Source: Candidatus Latescibacterota bacterium
Lineage (GTDB): Bacteria; Latescibacterota; UBA2968; GCA-2709665
DNA length: 64,000 nucleotides
Direction of reading: 5' to 3'
Assembly (NCBI GenBank): GCA_965222075.1
Contig: OZ244937.1
Coordinates: 2,752,001 to 2,816,000, forward strand
Below are positions 27,483 through 36,863 of the stretch, one piece after another. A program made the translations under genes and the position numbers. The stretch's first letter is position 1; every line of letters begins with the position of its first letter. The notes beneath the pieces were generated by a model that saw nothing but the letters and a program-made list of their open reading frames with translations, ran no database searches and was not told the origin of the DNA.

Positions 27483-29099
27483 GTGGCCGCGCAAAAAATC
27501 AACGGAGACCGCTCCCTCGCCTGGGGCGCCATCGAAGCCGGTATCAGCATGGTCACCGGCTATCCCGGTTCCCCCGGCACCGGGACTTTCAATGCCCTGG
27601 CCGAAACCGCATGGGACTACGGCCACCACGCCGAATGGTGCATCAACGAACGCATCGCCCTCGACGTGGCCGCCGGCGCCTCCCAGGGGGGAAAACGGGC
27701 GCTCGTCTGCATCAAAAGCGTCGGCATGAACGTCGCCTTAGACACTTTGATGGTCCTCAACATGACCGGCGTCTACGCCGGCCTTGTCATCCTCATGGGC
27801 GACGACCCGGGCGCCTGGGGGTCTCAGAACGAGCAGGACACCCGTGCCCTGGGTCCCCTGGCCGAACTCCCCATGCTCGAACCGGCAACCCCGGGTGAGG
27901 GTCGTCAGATGGTGCGCTTCGCCTTCGACCTCTCCGAATCCCTCCGCACCGTTGTCATCATCCGCATTACCCGCAGCTTCAGCACGCGCGAGGAAGACCT
28001 CTCCCCACCCTCGCCCCCCCAGACCAGACCCACCCTCCCGCCGGACAGGCAACCGATGCGCTGGGTATCTTCCCTGCGCAACTGCATCCCCAACCACCAC
28101 CGCCTCCACCAGACCGTCCGGAAGCTCGCAGACCGGTTCGGCAGCCTGCCGTTCAACCGGCTCGAAGGCCCGGGCCCCAGGGGCATCCTTGCCGGCGGCT
28201 TCGTGTATACCAAACTAAAGGAGGCCCTCGCCGGCGCCGATACCTCCAACCTCTGCATCCTCAAACTCAGCGCCCTGTATCCGCTGCCCGGGGACCTCAT
28301 CGCCCAATTCCTGAAAACATGCCATGAGGTCCTGGTCCTCGAAGAAGTGGACCCCTACCTCGAAGACGCGGTCAAAACGGTCGGCTACGACATTGGCGCA
28401 ACCCCCGGAATCCTCGGCAAGCGGACCGGCCACGTCAACTGGGAGGGCGAACTCTTCCGCTGGCACATCCAGAAGGCCTTAGACGCCTTCATCCCGGGCT
28501 TTTCTCCCGCCCGGCGCTACACCCAAGCCGAATGGGAAAAGGAAAAGCCCTACCGCAAAGCTTACTGCGCGGGGTGCCCCTACCTTGAAATCCTCACCGC
28601 CTTCCGGGAAGAGGCCGTGGCCCTGGGCCAGAATCCCTTCCTCGCCGGCGACCCTGGCTGCGTCGTCGTCGCCGTCCGACACCTGGACACCAAGCTCTGC
28701 ATGGGATCCTCCATCGGCGTGGCCGCCGGTCTTGAAAAGGCCGGCGTCTCGGAACGCACGGTAGCCGTCATCGGGGACTCTTCATTTTACCACACCAGCA
28801 TAAACGCCCTCATCCACGCCCGGGCCACCGGCGCAAACCTCCTGCTGCTCGTCCTCGACAACGGAGGATCGCTCACCACCGGCGGCCAGCCCACCCCCGA
28901 CAGGGGACTCCCCCTGCCCGAAAAAACCGGCCCCCCCGTGGGCATCCGCGACTTGGCAGCGGCCTGCGGCGTCGAATCCATCTGGACCGTAGAAGAAGAA
29001 GACCCCGAAGACCGGATGCGGGCCGTCTTCCGTGAGGCCCTCACCACAGACCACCTCGCCCTGGTCATCGTCCGCAAACCCTGCAAAAATGTAGAATAA
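27483..29099 (+). CDS. iorA: Indolepyruvate:ferredoxin oxidoreductase alpha-like TPP enzyme, lacking the ferredoxin domain
   Basis: GYPGSPGT, NERIALDVAAGAS, KSVGMNVALD, SQNEQD, CAGCP, GDPGC, GDSSFYH...DN...TGGQP. Confidence 0.8.
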   Translation: MAAQKINGDRSLAWGAIEAGISMVTGYPGSPGTGTFNALAETAWDYGHHAEWCINERIALDVAAGASQGGKRALVCIKSVGMNVALDTLMVLNMTGVYAGLVILMGDDPGAWGSQNEQDTRALGPLAELPMLEPATPGEGRQMVRFAFDLSESLRTVVIIRITRSFSTREEDLSPPSPPQTRPTLPPDRQPMRWVSSLRNCIPNHHRLHQTVRKLADRFGSLPFNRLEGPGPRGILAGGFVYTKLKEALAGADTSNLCILKLSALYPLPGDLIAQFLKTCHEVLVLEEVDPYLEDAVKTVGYDIGATPGILGKRTGHVNWEGELFRWHIQKALDAFIPGFSPARRYTQAEWEKEKPYRKAYCAGCPYLEILTAFREEAVALGQNPFLAGDPGCVVVAVRHLDTKLCMGSSIGVAAGLEKAGVSERTVAVIGDSSFYHTSINALIHARATGANLLLLVLDNGGSLTTGGQPTPDRGLPLPEKTGPPVGIRDLAAACGVESIWTVEEEDPEDRMRAVFREALTTDHLALVIVRKPCKNVE

Positions 29100-29140
29100 A
29101 AAAAAGGCCCTCCGGGTCGCGGAACCCGAAAGAGCCTTGT
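29096..29140. terminator. Intrinsic terminator between convergent genes
   Basis: A-run followed by the AAGGC.CT.CGGGT/ACCCG..AG.GCCTT stem-loop. Confidence 0.55.
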
Positions 29141-29177
29141 TGACATCCCGATCCACCTGTCTGCGTCGAGTACTCGA

Positions 29178-29771
29178 CTAGCGCAGGAATTTCATGCTCG
29201 AAATAATCCCCCTGTATTCCTCCAGAGGGAAGTGAACGCGAATGCCGCTGCCCAGCATCACATACACCTGCTGCCTGTGCACCACCACCGCGGCCAGAAA
29301 CCGGCTGCCATATCCCCGGAAGGAAGCCGTCCGGAAGACCCACTCCACCCCTTCAGCAGCATCTATCTGCAGCGTCCGTTTCTCCTCTGCACCGTACCCG
29401 ATAAATCTGGCCCTGAGCTCTTCTTCCAGGGAAGCCACAAACGTCTCTATGGTATTCCCCCGAGGCAGCGCCCGGGGATCTACGACCAGCGTGGGCCGAA
29501 ACCGGGTTCCCTGCAGTGGAAACTTTGAAATCTGCACATTCACTTTGGGCAGGCCGTTGGACTCGCGGTCCTGGAAAAGGGTCTGGGCGTTCAAGCTCCA
29601 GGTCGAATCGTCTGGAACGGTAAGCTGAAACCCCCACTCCTCGTTGACGTAGACCGTGCCCTCTGAAGAGGAAGTTTCGCTGTCGGGATCGGTCGGAATC
29701 GGACCACAGCCCAGCGTTAACTGCGCCAACAAGGTGAGAAAGACCGGAATCCACCGCTGATTTCGACACAT
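29178..29771 (-). CDS. Putative lipoprotein (PsbP-like fold possible)
   Basis: Lipobox-like LTLGC; YVNEEWGFQLTVP; C-terminal IISSMKF. Confidence 0.6.
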   Translation of the reverse strand: MCRNQRWIPVFLTLLAQLTLGCGPIPTDPDSETSSSEGTVYVNEEWGFQLTVPDDSTWSLNAQTLFQDRESNGLPKVNVQISKFPLQGTRFRPTLVVDPRALPRGNTIETFVASLEEELRARFIGYGAEEKRTLQIDAAEGVEWVFRTASFRGYGSRFLAAVVVHRQQVYVMLGSGIRVHFPLEEYRGIISSMKFLR

Positions 29772-29985
29772 AGGTAAGCCTCTTTGGTGAGGAGGTTTCC
29801 CCGGCTCTTTCAGTCAAATACGGCAGGGTTCACGGTTCAAATTACCAAATTTAACGCCCCCGGTCAATATCCACCTCCACCCTCTCCTGGAAAATCGCAA
29901 CATCCCATGCCGTTTTCCTGAGCGCAGCAGCCATCCCCCTGCCTTCCAATCGCTCAAGTCTGTAACGCGTAAACATCGCGGTCCT

Positions 29986-30663
29986 TCAATTCACCGGCCC
30001 CAGCCTGCGCCACCGAATCCTTTCAAACAGGTTCCAAAACGACGCGCTGGTGTCTTGGGAGAAGTAGATCAGCAGCGGATGCGCCTTGATCTTTTCCAGC
30101 GAAACCGTCCCCCAAAACCGGCTGTCGTAGCTGTTGTCCCGGTTGTCTCCCATCACAAAAATGTGCCCCGGAGGCACCGTATAAGGACCGAAGTTGTCCC
30201 GCGCGCTGTACCGCCGGGGCTGCTCCTGGCGGTCCATATACTTGACCCCGGGAGGGTCCCGAAACGGCTGCCCATCCACGTAAACCACCTTATTCTTGAC
30301 CTCAACCGTCTGGCCCTCTACGGCGATACACCGTTTGATAAAATCCCGGGACGGATCGTCCGGAAATTCAGCGATCACAAGATCGCCCGGCCTGGGGCCG
30401 CGAAATCCGGGCATCCGAAACGAGGGCAGCTTCAGGTTCAGGATCGGCAGGCGGTCGGGAATCTGCGTCCCAAACGTCAGCTTATCGCCCAGCACATAAT
30501 CCCCCGCCAGAAGCGTATCCTCCATCGATCCTGAAGGAATATGATACGCCTGCACCAGCGTTGCCCGAATTAAAATAAACAGAACAGCGGCAAAAAGAAG
30601 GCCCTTTGCATAGGCTTTTGCAATCTGAAGCCCAAATGGCTTCCCCACCCAACGTCCATCCAT
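29986..30663 (-). CDS. lepB: Signal peptidase I, copy 2
   Basis: IPSGSMEDTL, FIKRC, MGDNRDNSYDSR. Confidence 0.92.
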   Translation of the reverse strand: MDGRWVGKPFGLQIAKAYAKGLLFAAVLFILIRATLVQAYHIPSGSMEDTLLAGDYVLGDKLTFGTQIPDRLPILNLKLPSFRMPGFRGPRPGDLVIAEFPDDPSRDFIKRCIAVEGQTVEVKNKVVYVDGQPFRDPPGVKYMDRQEQPRRYSARDNFGPYTVPPGHIFVMGDNRDNSYDSRFWGTVSLEKIKAHPLLIYFSQDTSASFWNLFERIRWRRLGPVN

Positions 30664-30718
30664 ACACAGGCCTCCCTATTGGAGCTACCCTACATCACTT
30701 GGAAGTCTTCCAAATCCT

Positions 30719-31375
30719 TCAATTCACCGGCCCCAGCCTGCGCCATCGAATCTTTTCAAACAGGTTCCAAAACGGCGCGTCGGCGTTCCAGGAGAAGTAG
30801 ATCAGCAGCGGATGCGCCTTGACCTTTTCCAGCGAAACCGCCCTCCAGACGCGGCTGTCGGAGCTGTTGTCCCGGTTGTCTCCCATCACAAAAATGTGCC
30901 CCGGAGGCACCGTATAAGGACCAAAATTGCCCCGCTGCCGGTAATCCGTATACTTGACCCCGGGAGGGTCCCGAAACGGCTGCCCATCCACATAAACCAC
31001 CCTGTTCTTGACCTCAACCGTCTGGCCCTCTACGGCGATACACCGCTTGATAAAATCCCGGGACGGATCATTCGGGAATTCGAAGATGACGATATCGCCC
31101 GGCCCGGGATCGCGAAACCCGGGCATCCGAAACGAGGGCAGCTTCAGGTTCAGGATCGGCAGGCGGTCGGGAATCTGCGTCCCAAACGTCAGCTTATCGC
31201 CCAGCACATAATCCCCCACCAGAAGCGTATCTTCCATCGATCCTGAGGGAATATGATACGCCTGCACCAGCGTTGCCCGAATTAAAATGGCCAGAAAAAT
31301 CGCAAAACAGATCGACTTTGCATAATCTTTCACAGCCTGTTTTCCGGGCTGTCTCCCGGTCCGAGGTTTATTCAT
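30719..31375 (-). CDS. lepB: Signal peptidase I, copy 1
   Basis: IPSGSMEDTL, FIKRC, MGDNRDNSSDSR. Confidence 0.92.
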   Translation of the reverse strand: MNKPRTGRQPGKQAVKDYAKSICFAIFLAILIRATLVQAYHIPSGSMEDTLLVGDYVLGDKLTFGTQIPDRLPILNLKLPSFRMPGFRDPGPGDIVIFEFPNDPSRDFIKRCIAVEGQTVEVKNRVVYVDGQPFRDPPGVKYTDYRQRGNFGPYTVPPGHIFVMGDNRDNSSDSRVWRAVSLEKVKAHPLLIYFSWNADAPFWNLFEKIRWRRLGPVN

Positions 31376-31552
31376 AGAAATCGCGGCGTGGCAACCACCG
31401 CCTCCTTTCTGTGGATAAGATGGTGTTCCTCATCAGGGCCGCCAAGATCAAAAGAGATCAAAAAATGCCCCTGTACACGACCAATGGTGGCGTAAAATAC
31501 CCCTCCCACCACAGGCTGTCAAGCAAATTTCCGCACACCCTTGCCAAACCGC

Positions 31553-31581
31553 TTGACGCCTGCCTGAGATCGACTTAAATT
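31553..31581 (+). promoter_or_regulatory. Sigma70-type promoter
   Basis: TTGACG, 17 nt, TAAATT upstream of the creatininase-family gene. Confidence 0.45.
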
Positions 31582-31721
31582 GCCTTGCCTGCGGAAAATC
31601 CTCCACCAGAATAGGGGCGAGTGGCAAGTGGTGGGCAGCGAGTTGCAATCAGGATGTCTTACTCGCCACTCACTCCTGCCTTCACGCGACGATCTCTATG
31701 GTTTTTAAAAGGAGCACTGCC

Positions 31722-32618
31722 ATGCGAGAAGTCCGATGGGAGCGCATGTTCCCTGACCAGCTGGAAAAGGCATTTGCAGACTGTCCCGTAGTCTATTTCA
31801 CCTACGGCCTCTGTGAGCCTCACGGTCCCCAAAACGCGGTGGGGCTGGATGCCCTCAAGGCCCACGGCATTGCCTGTAAGACCGCCCGCGCGCACGGCGG
31901 CATCGTGGCCCCACCCGACTACTGGCACATCCACGAACTGGGCGGCTACGCCCTCTGGTGCGAACGCACCGTGGGCCAGGTCGAACGCGCCTGGCTCACC
32001 TGCATGCCCCCCTGGCAGCACTTCAAAAACATCTGCTACCACATCCGAACCGCCGACACCCTCGGCTTCCACGCGGCCATCTTCCTTACCGGCCACTACG
32101 GCCCCAACTGGCAGGACCTCAAAACCCTCTGCGACCTGGTCCAGCCCCACGTGGGCACCCGGCTCTACAGCCTGCCCGACCACGAGGCCAACCAGCCCGG
32201 CTTCGACAGCGACGGCAAAAGCGGCGGAGACCACGCGGGCAAGGTCGAAACCTCGCTCCTCTGGGCGCTCCACCCCGAATGCGTGGACCTCTCCCGCCTC
32301 CCCCCCCAGGAGGAGCCCGGCCCCCACTTTGCCATGGGCCCCACCGTCCGCCTGTCCAACCGCAAAACGGGCGAACGTATGGTTGCCGACGAAGTCCGTT
32401 GGCTGGGCGCCAAGGCGCAGGAACGCTTAACCGCCTACGACCGGGAAAAGCCCGAGCACAAACTCCGTACCTTTGAAGACGTCGAGACCCTGTGGGAAAA
32501 AGTCGTACACCCCGCGCTAAAAGACTTCCAGACCATGCAGGACGCCTGGCAGGACGGCGAATCCCTGCCCGAAACCTCGGTCTGGTACCCCAACTGGCGT
32601 ATCCCCGACCGGGGGTAG
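31722..32618 (+). CDS. Creatininase / creatinine amidohydrolase family protein
   Basis: GLCEPHG...GLD, TGHYGPN, DHAGKVETS; AAGGAG RBS. Confidence 0.85.
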   Translation: MREVRWERMFPDQLEKAFADCPVVYFTYGLCEPHGPQNAVGLDALKAHGIACKTARAHGGIVAPPDYWHIHELGGYALWCERTVGQVERAWLTCMPPWQHFKNICYHIRTADTLGFHAAIFLTGHYGPNWQDLKTLCDLVQPHVGTRLYSLPDHEANQPGFDSDGKSGGDHAGKVETSLLWALHPECVDLSRLPPQEEPGPHFAMGPTVRLSNRKTGERMVADEVRWLGAKAQERLTAYDREKPEHKLRTFEDVETLWEKVVHPALKDFQTMQDAWQDGESLPETSVWYPNWRIPDRG

Positions 32619-32719
32619 CTGTGGACCTTCCGGAGATTTGATGAGAAAACAAATTTCCGATAATCTCATCAGAAGAAAACCGGCTTTTGCCTTTTCTTCC
32701 GGATTCCGACTTCTGTTAT

Positions 32720-33106
32720 TCAGGCGTCCGGGCGTTCCAGCAGCTCAATCTCATACCCATCCGGATCGTCCACAAACGCCATCTTCCGCCCGGACACGAA
32801 CGTTTCGCGCCACCCGTCCGGCCAGATCTCGATGCCCTTCTTCTCCAATTCGTCGCATTTTGCAATCAGGTCTGGAACCCCGACCGCAAAATGCATCAGA
32901 TCTTCCGGTACGTTGAGATCGTACTCATCAGAATAGGTCAACTCCAGCGTATGTGCGCTCCCCGGCATCTCTAAGTTCACAATCTGGTTCCCGGCCGGGG
33001 ACTTGTCCGACCTGCTTTTCACTTGAAATCCGAAGTTTTCGCAATAAAACCGGGCCGACCGGTCCAGACTGCTCACCCGGATGCGGGTATGCAGAAAAAC
33101 AGGCAT
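32720..33106 (-). CDS. VOC/glyoxalase I family protein
   Basis: FLHTRIRVSSLDRSARFY, LELTY, HFAVGV, AFVDDPDGYEIEL. Confidence 0.88.
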   Translation of the reverse strand: MPVFLHTRIRVSSLDRSARFYCENFGFQVKSRSDKSPAGNQIVNLEMPGSAHTLELTYSDEYDLNVPEDLMHFAVGVPDLIAKCDELEKKGIEIWPDGWRETFVSGRKMAFVDDPDGYEIELLERPDA

Positions 33107-33286
33107 AACGTGCTCCTTTCTCTGTTAACCGTAGAAATAGGATCTCTCTTCGGTCTCAAAGATACACGCTAAGATGACAAACACAAACAGAAAAAACGCT
33201 CGGGGTACACCTGCCTGGACAAATGCAGGAATCGCGCCGGATCTCAGAAAGCGTTTGACAAACGAGCTTTTGAAAAGGAACTTACA

Positions 33287-34075
33287 ATGGAAAAGACCCT
33301 GCTCAAAATCCAGGACCTCACCTGTGGCTACGGCGGGCAGCCGGTGCTCCGGGAAGTCACCTTCGACCTCTGCACCGGCGACTTTGTGGGCGTGATCGGC
33401 CCCAACGGTTGTGGCAAGAGTACCCTCATCCGGGCCCTCACCGGTATCCTCAAACCCGCCGCGGGTCAGGTCCGCTTGAAGGGCCGGAAAATCGGTGCCT
33501 TCTCCCGCCGGGAGGTCGCCCGACAGGTCGCCGTCATCCCTCAGGACACGGCCCTCCTCTTCGAATTTTCGGTCCTCGAAATGGTGCTGATGGGCCGCAC
33601 CCCCCACCTGAGACGCCTGCAACGTTCCGGAGAAAGGGATCTTGACCTGGCAGAGGAAGCCCTGCGGCAGACCGATATGCTCCACCTGAAAGACCGGAAG
33701 GTGACCGAGCTCTCCGGCGGAGAACGCCAGCGCGCCGTCATTGCCCGCGCCCTGGCTCAGGAACCGCCCCTTCTCCTCCTGGACGAGCCCGACAGCCACT
33801 TAGACATCGGCCATCAGATCGAAATCTTCGGTCTTCTTCAGGACCTCAACCGCACCCGGAGCCTCACCCTCCTGTGCGTTTCCCACGACCTCAACCTCGC
33901 CTCGACCTACTGCAGGCGGCTGATGCTGATGCAGGCCGGGCGCCTCGTAGCCACCGGCCCCCCGGAGGAAATCATCACCCCCGAACACATCCGGGCCGTC
34001 TACGGCGTCAACGCCGTTGTACAGCCCAGCCCGGTCAATGGCACCCCCCAGATCACGCCCTACACTCAGAATTGA
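33287..34075 (+). CDS. Cobalamin/Fe-siderophore ABC transporter ATPase
   Basis: GPNGCGKST, LSGGERQR, LLLDEP, SHDLNLA. Confidence 0.9.
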   Translation: MEKTLLKIQDLTCGYGGQPVLREVTFDLCTGDFVGVIGPNGCGKSTLIRALTGILKPAAGQVRLKGRKIGAFSRREVARQVAVIPQDTALLFEFSVLEMVLMGRTPHLRRLQRSGERDLDLAEEALRQTDMLHLKDRKVTELSGGERQRAVIARALAQEPPLLLLDEPDSHLDIGHQIEIFGLLQDLNRTRSLTLLCVSHDLNLASTYCRRLMLMQAGRLVATGPPEEIITPEHIRAVYGVNAVVQPSPVNGTPQITPYTQN

Positions 34076-34138
34076 AAATTGCCAGGATTGACCTTATCTT
34101 CAAACAGCAATCTTCAATTTCCAAGAAAGGATCTCCTA

Positions 34139-35047
34139 TTGAAACCCTTGCCCCACCTCGTCCTGTCCATCCTCCTCCTCTTTGTTACACCATCCCAGGC
34201 GCAGGACTTTCCCCTCAAGCTCGCCGACGCCCTGGGCGACACCCTTACCCTCCACGCCTATCCGAAGCGCATCATCTCTCTGGCCCCCAGCAACACCGAA
34301 CTCCTCTTCGCCGTGGGCGCCGGCAGCCGGGTCGTGGGCGTCACAGACTACTGCAACTACCCCCCCCAGGCGGCTTGGAAACCCAAAATCGGCGGGTTTT
34401 CGGACGCTAGCCTGGAATTGATCGTCTCCAAGCAGCCCGATCTTGTTCTGGGCGCGCGTTTCAATCCCCAAGAAAGCCTGGATGGACTCCGGCGGTTTAA
34501 CATACCGGTCTTTGTACTGGCCCCATCGACCGTGGATGAAACCCTCTCTGCCCTCCTGCAGGTCGGGCGGATCACAGGCCAGGACGAGGCCGCCGCCCGC
34601 TTAGAGGCCGCCCTGGTGGTCCGGGTGCAGGCTATTAAAGAGGCCGTGGATGAAATCCCGGTACACGCCCGGCCCCGGGTCCTCTGGGGAAAGCTGAGCG
34701 CTCCGATGTACACAGCCGGTCCCGGCAGCTTTATCGACGACCTTATCCGCCTGGCCGGGGGGGGAAGCATCGTGCACGACGCGAGCGCAAACTGGCCCCG
34801 GGTGGGGCTGGAAACCATCGTGGACAGAAACCCCCAGGTCATCGTGGTTTCCAGCACACCCCCCCCAAAAATAGGGGAAGCCCTCAACCGGCTCCGGAAG
34901 ACGCCCGGATGGAAAAAAATCGACGCCGTGATCAGCGGCCGCATCTACCACATCAACCTGGACCTCCTGGGACGCCCGGGCCCCCGGCTGGTTGACGGCC
35001 TGGAACGTCTGGCGCACGCCTTCCATCCCGATCGGTTCCCCCAATGA
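34139..35047 (+). CDS. Cobalamin/Fe-siderophore binding protein (BtuF-like)
   Basis: Signal peptide; PKRIISLAPSNTELLFAVG, VTDYCNYP, RPGPRLVDG. Confidence 0.85.
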   Translation: MKPLPHLVLSILLLFVTPSQAQDFPLKLADALGDTLTLHAYPKRIISLAPSNTELLFAVGAGSRVVGVTDYCNYPPQAAWKPKIGGFSDASLELIVSKQPDLVLGARFNPQESLDGLRRFNIPVFVLAPSTVDETLSALLQVGRITGQDEAAARLEAALVVRVQAIKEAVDEIPVHARPRVLWGKLSAPMYTAGPGSFIDDLIRLAGGGSIVHDASANWPRVGLETIVDRNPQVIVVSSTPPPKIGEALNRLRKTPGWKKIDAVISGRIYHINLDLLGRPGPRLVDGLERLAHAFHPDRFPQ

Positions 35048-36057
35048 GCGCCCGATGGCGGAAACCCGGCCTGCTGGTCCCTCCTCTCTGCCTCCTGCTC
35101 CTGGGATCGGGGATCGTTTCCCTGGGCATCGGGACCGCGCGCATCCCCCCGCACGATGTGCTAAGCGTTTTGATCGGAAAACCGGTTCAGGGGCCGGCCG
35201 AGGCCATCGTGCGGGACATCCGCCTTCCCCGCCTGATCCTGGCCGTGCTGGTCGGCGCGGCCCTGGCCGTTGCCGGAACGGCAATGCAGGGATTCTTTCA
35301 AAACCCCATGGCCGATCCTTACGTCGTGGGAGTCTCTTCGGGCGCGGCCCTGGGGGCCACCCTGGGGATGGTCCTCCACATCGACTTCTGGATCGCCGGC
35401 CTCAGCGCAACCCCCGTCTTCGCCTTTGCCGGAGCGCTGGGCACCACCTTCCTGGTCTACGCCCTCTCCCTGCGGGGTGGGCGTGTGCCCGTGGGGCTCC
35501 TCCTCCTCATCGGCGTTGCCGTGGGTGCCCTGGCGGCCGCAGCCACTTCCTTCCTGATGATCATCGGGGACAAAGACCTCCGCCTGATCCTCTTCTGGCT
35601 CCTGGGCAGCCTCTCGTCCAGGCGGTGGGACCACGTCCAGATGATCCTCCCCTACGTCATTTTGGGAATCACCCTCATCTGGGCCTATGCCCGGGACCTC
35701 AACCTCTTTCTCCTGGGCGAAGAGACCGCCCAGCATACCGGCGTGGAGGTTGAACAGGTCAAACGAATCGTGCTGAGCGCCGCCGCCCTGCTGGCCGCCG
35801 CCGCCGTTTCCGTCAGCGGCATTATCGGCTTCGTCGGCCTCATCGTACCCCACCTGATGCGTCTCATCGTGGGTCCCGATCACCGCCGGCTCATCCCCAT
35901 CTCCGCCCTGTCGGGCGCCCTCCTGATGGTCCAGGCCGATGTGCTCGCCCGCACCCTCGCCGCACCTTCCGAAATCCCCATCGGCATTATCACTTCGGCG
36001 CTGGGATGCCCCTTCTTCCTCCTCCTCATCGCCCGCCGGAAAGACATCGTGTTTTAG
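35044..36057 (+). CDS. FecCD/BtuC-type permease
   Basis: IRLPR, FQNPMADPYVVGVSSGA, GIIGFVGLIVPH, EIPIGIIT. Confidence 0.9.
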   Translation: MSARWRKPGLLVPPLCLLLLGSGIVSLGIGTARIPPHDVLSVLIGKPVQGPAEAIVRDIRLPRLILAVLVGAALAVAGTAMQGFFQNPMADPYVVGVSSGAALGATLGMVLHIDFWIAGLSATPVFAFAGALGTTFLVYALSLRGGRVPVGLLLLIGVAVGALAAAATSFLMIIGDKDLRLILFWLLGSLSSRRWDHVQMILPYVILGITLIWAYARDLNLFLLGEETAQHTGVEVEQVKRIVLSAAALLAAAAVSVSGIIGFVGLIVPHLMRLIVGPDHRRLIPISALSGALLMVQADVLARTLAAPSEIPIGIITSALGCPFFLLLIARRKDIVF

Positions 36058-36080
36058 ACCACACGGATGGAACCCCAAAA

Positions 36081-36106
36081 ATAAAAAAGACAGCCAAAAA
36101 GCTGTC
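36081..36106 (-). terminator. Intrinsic terminator of the HTH gene
   Basis: GACAGC/GCTGTC stem followed by a T-run on the minus strand. Confidence 0.6.
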
Positions 36107-36132
36107 GTCCGTGGTCTATCGTCCGTCGTCGC

Positions 36133-36624
36133 TTAAACGGTGAGAGGTTCAGCAGGGGTTTCTCTGGGAGGATTGGCCGAAGATTTGGAACGTTGAGGCT
36201 CAACCCCCAGGGCCTGGCGGACCTGGCGAACCCCCTGGCGGTAGTAGCTTTGAACAGTGCTCTTTGAGATCGAAAGAATCAGCGCGATCTCCGACATGGA
36301 CTTGCCCTGAGAACGGAGGAGCAGCACCTCGTATTTTCGGCCGGTTACGGCAGTTTCAATCACCTCCTTCACCCGGTCCAGGGAGTCGGCATTCGGACCA
36401 TTCCGGACAAAATGGGGGGATTGCAGGACGTTCTGGCAGATAAAAGACAGAACGATCGTTTCAGTGGAGGGATAACACTGCTCCCGAACGGTATCGTAAC
36501 GTGGCCAAGCCATGTCTAATTGATTCTCCCAGAAAGAGATAACCCTGGTTAAGCGGAAACGCAGGTCCGTTAAACCCTTGATGAATTTAGCATTTTCTAC
36601 GGTTTCAAGCAAGGGAAAACTCAT
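36133..36624 (-). CDS. Protein with C-terminal sigma70 region 4 / LuxR-type HTH
   Basis: RKYEVLLLRSQGKSMSEIALILSISKSTVQSY. Confidence 0.65.
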   Translation of the reverse strand: MSFPLLETVENAKFIKGLTDLRFRLTRVISFWENQLDMAWPRYDTVREQCYPSTETIVLSFICQNVLQSPHFVRNGPNADSLDRVKEVIETAVTGRKYEVLLLRSQGKSMSEIALILSISKSTVQSYYRQGVRQVRQALGVEPQRSKSSANPPRETPAEPLTV

Positions 36625-36863
36625 CCAGCAGGTCCAGCTGATCCAAGGGGTTGCCCACGCAACCCCAGGTCTTCCACAAGCCGGAGCGCCCGCCGGGAAA
36701 TGTCACGGCCTCCGTCTGCCTCTGGTATTTTTCCGGAAATTTGGCTATATTATAAATATGATTGGACGCTCCACCTGTGCTGTTGTTACTCCCCTGAACC
36801 GTTCTTGAATCCCAGCACAAACGACCAAACTGCTGCCCCTGAAATCCCCCATAGGAGGTCGGC

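Noticed and set aside
33107-33286. Cobalamin riboswitch expected upstream of the Btu-like ABC operon
   Set aside because: No recognisable B12-box or core motifs by eye; an Infernal scan would settle it.
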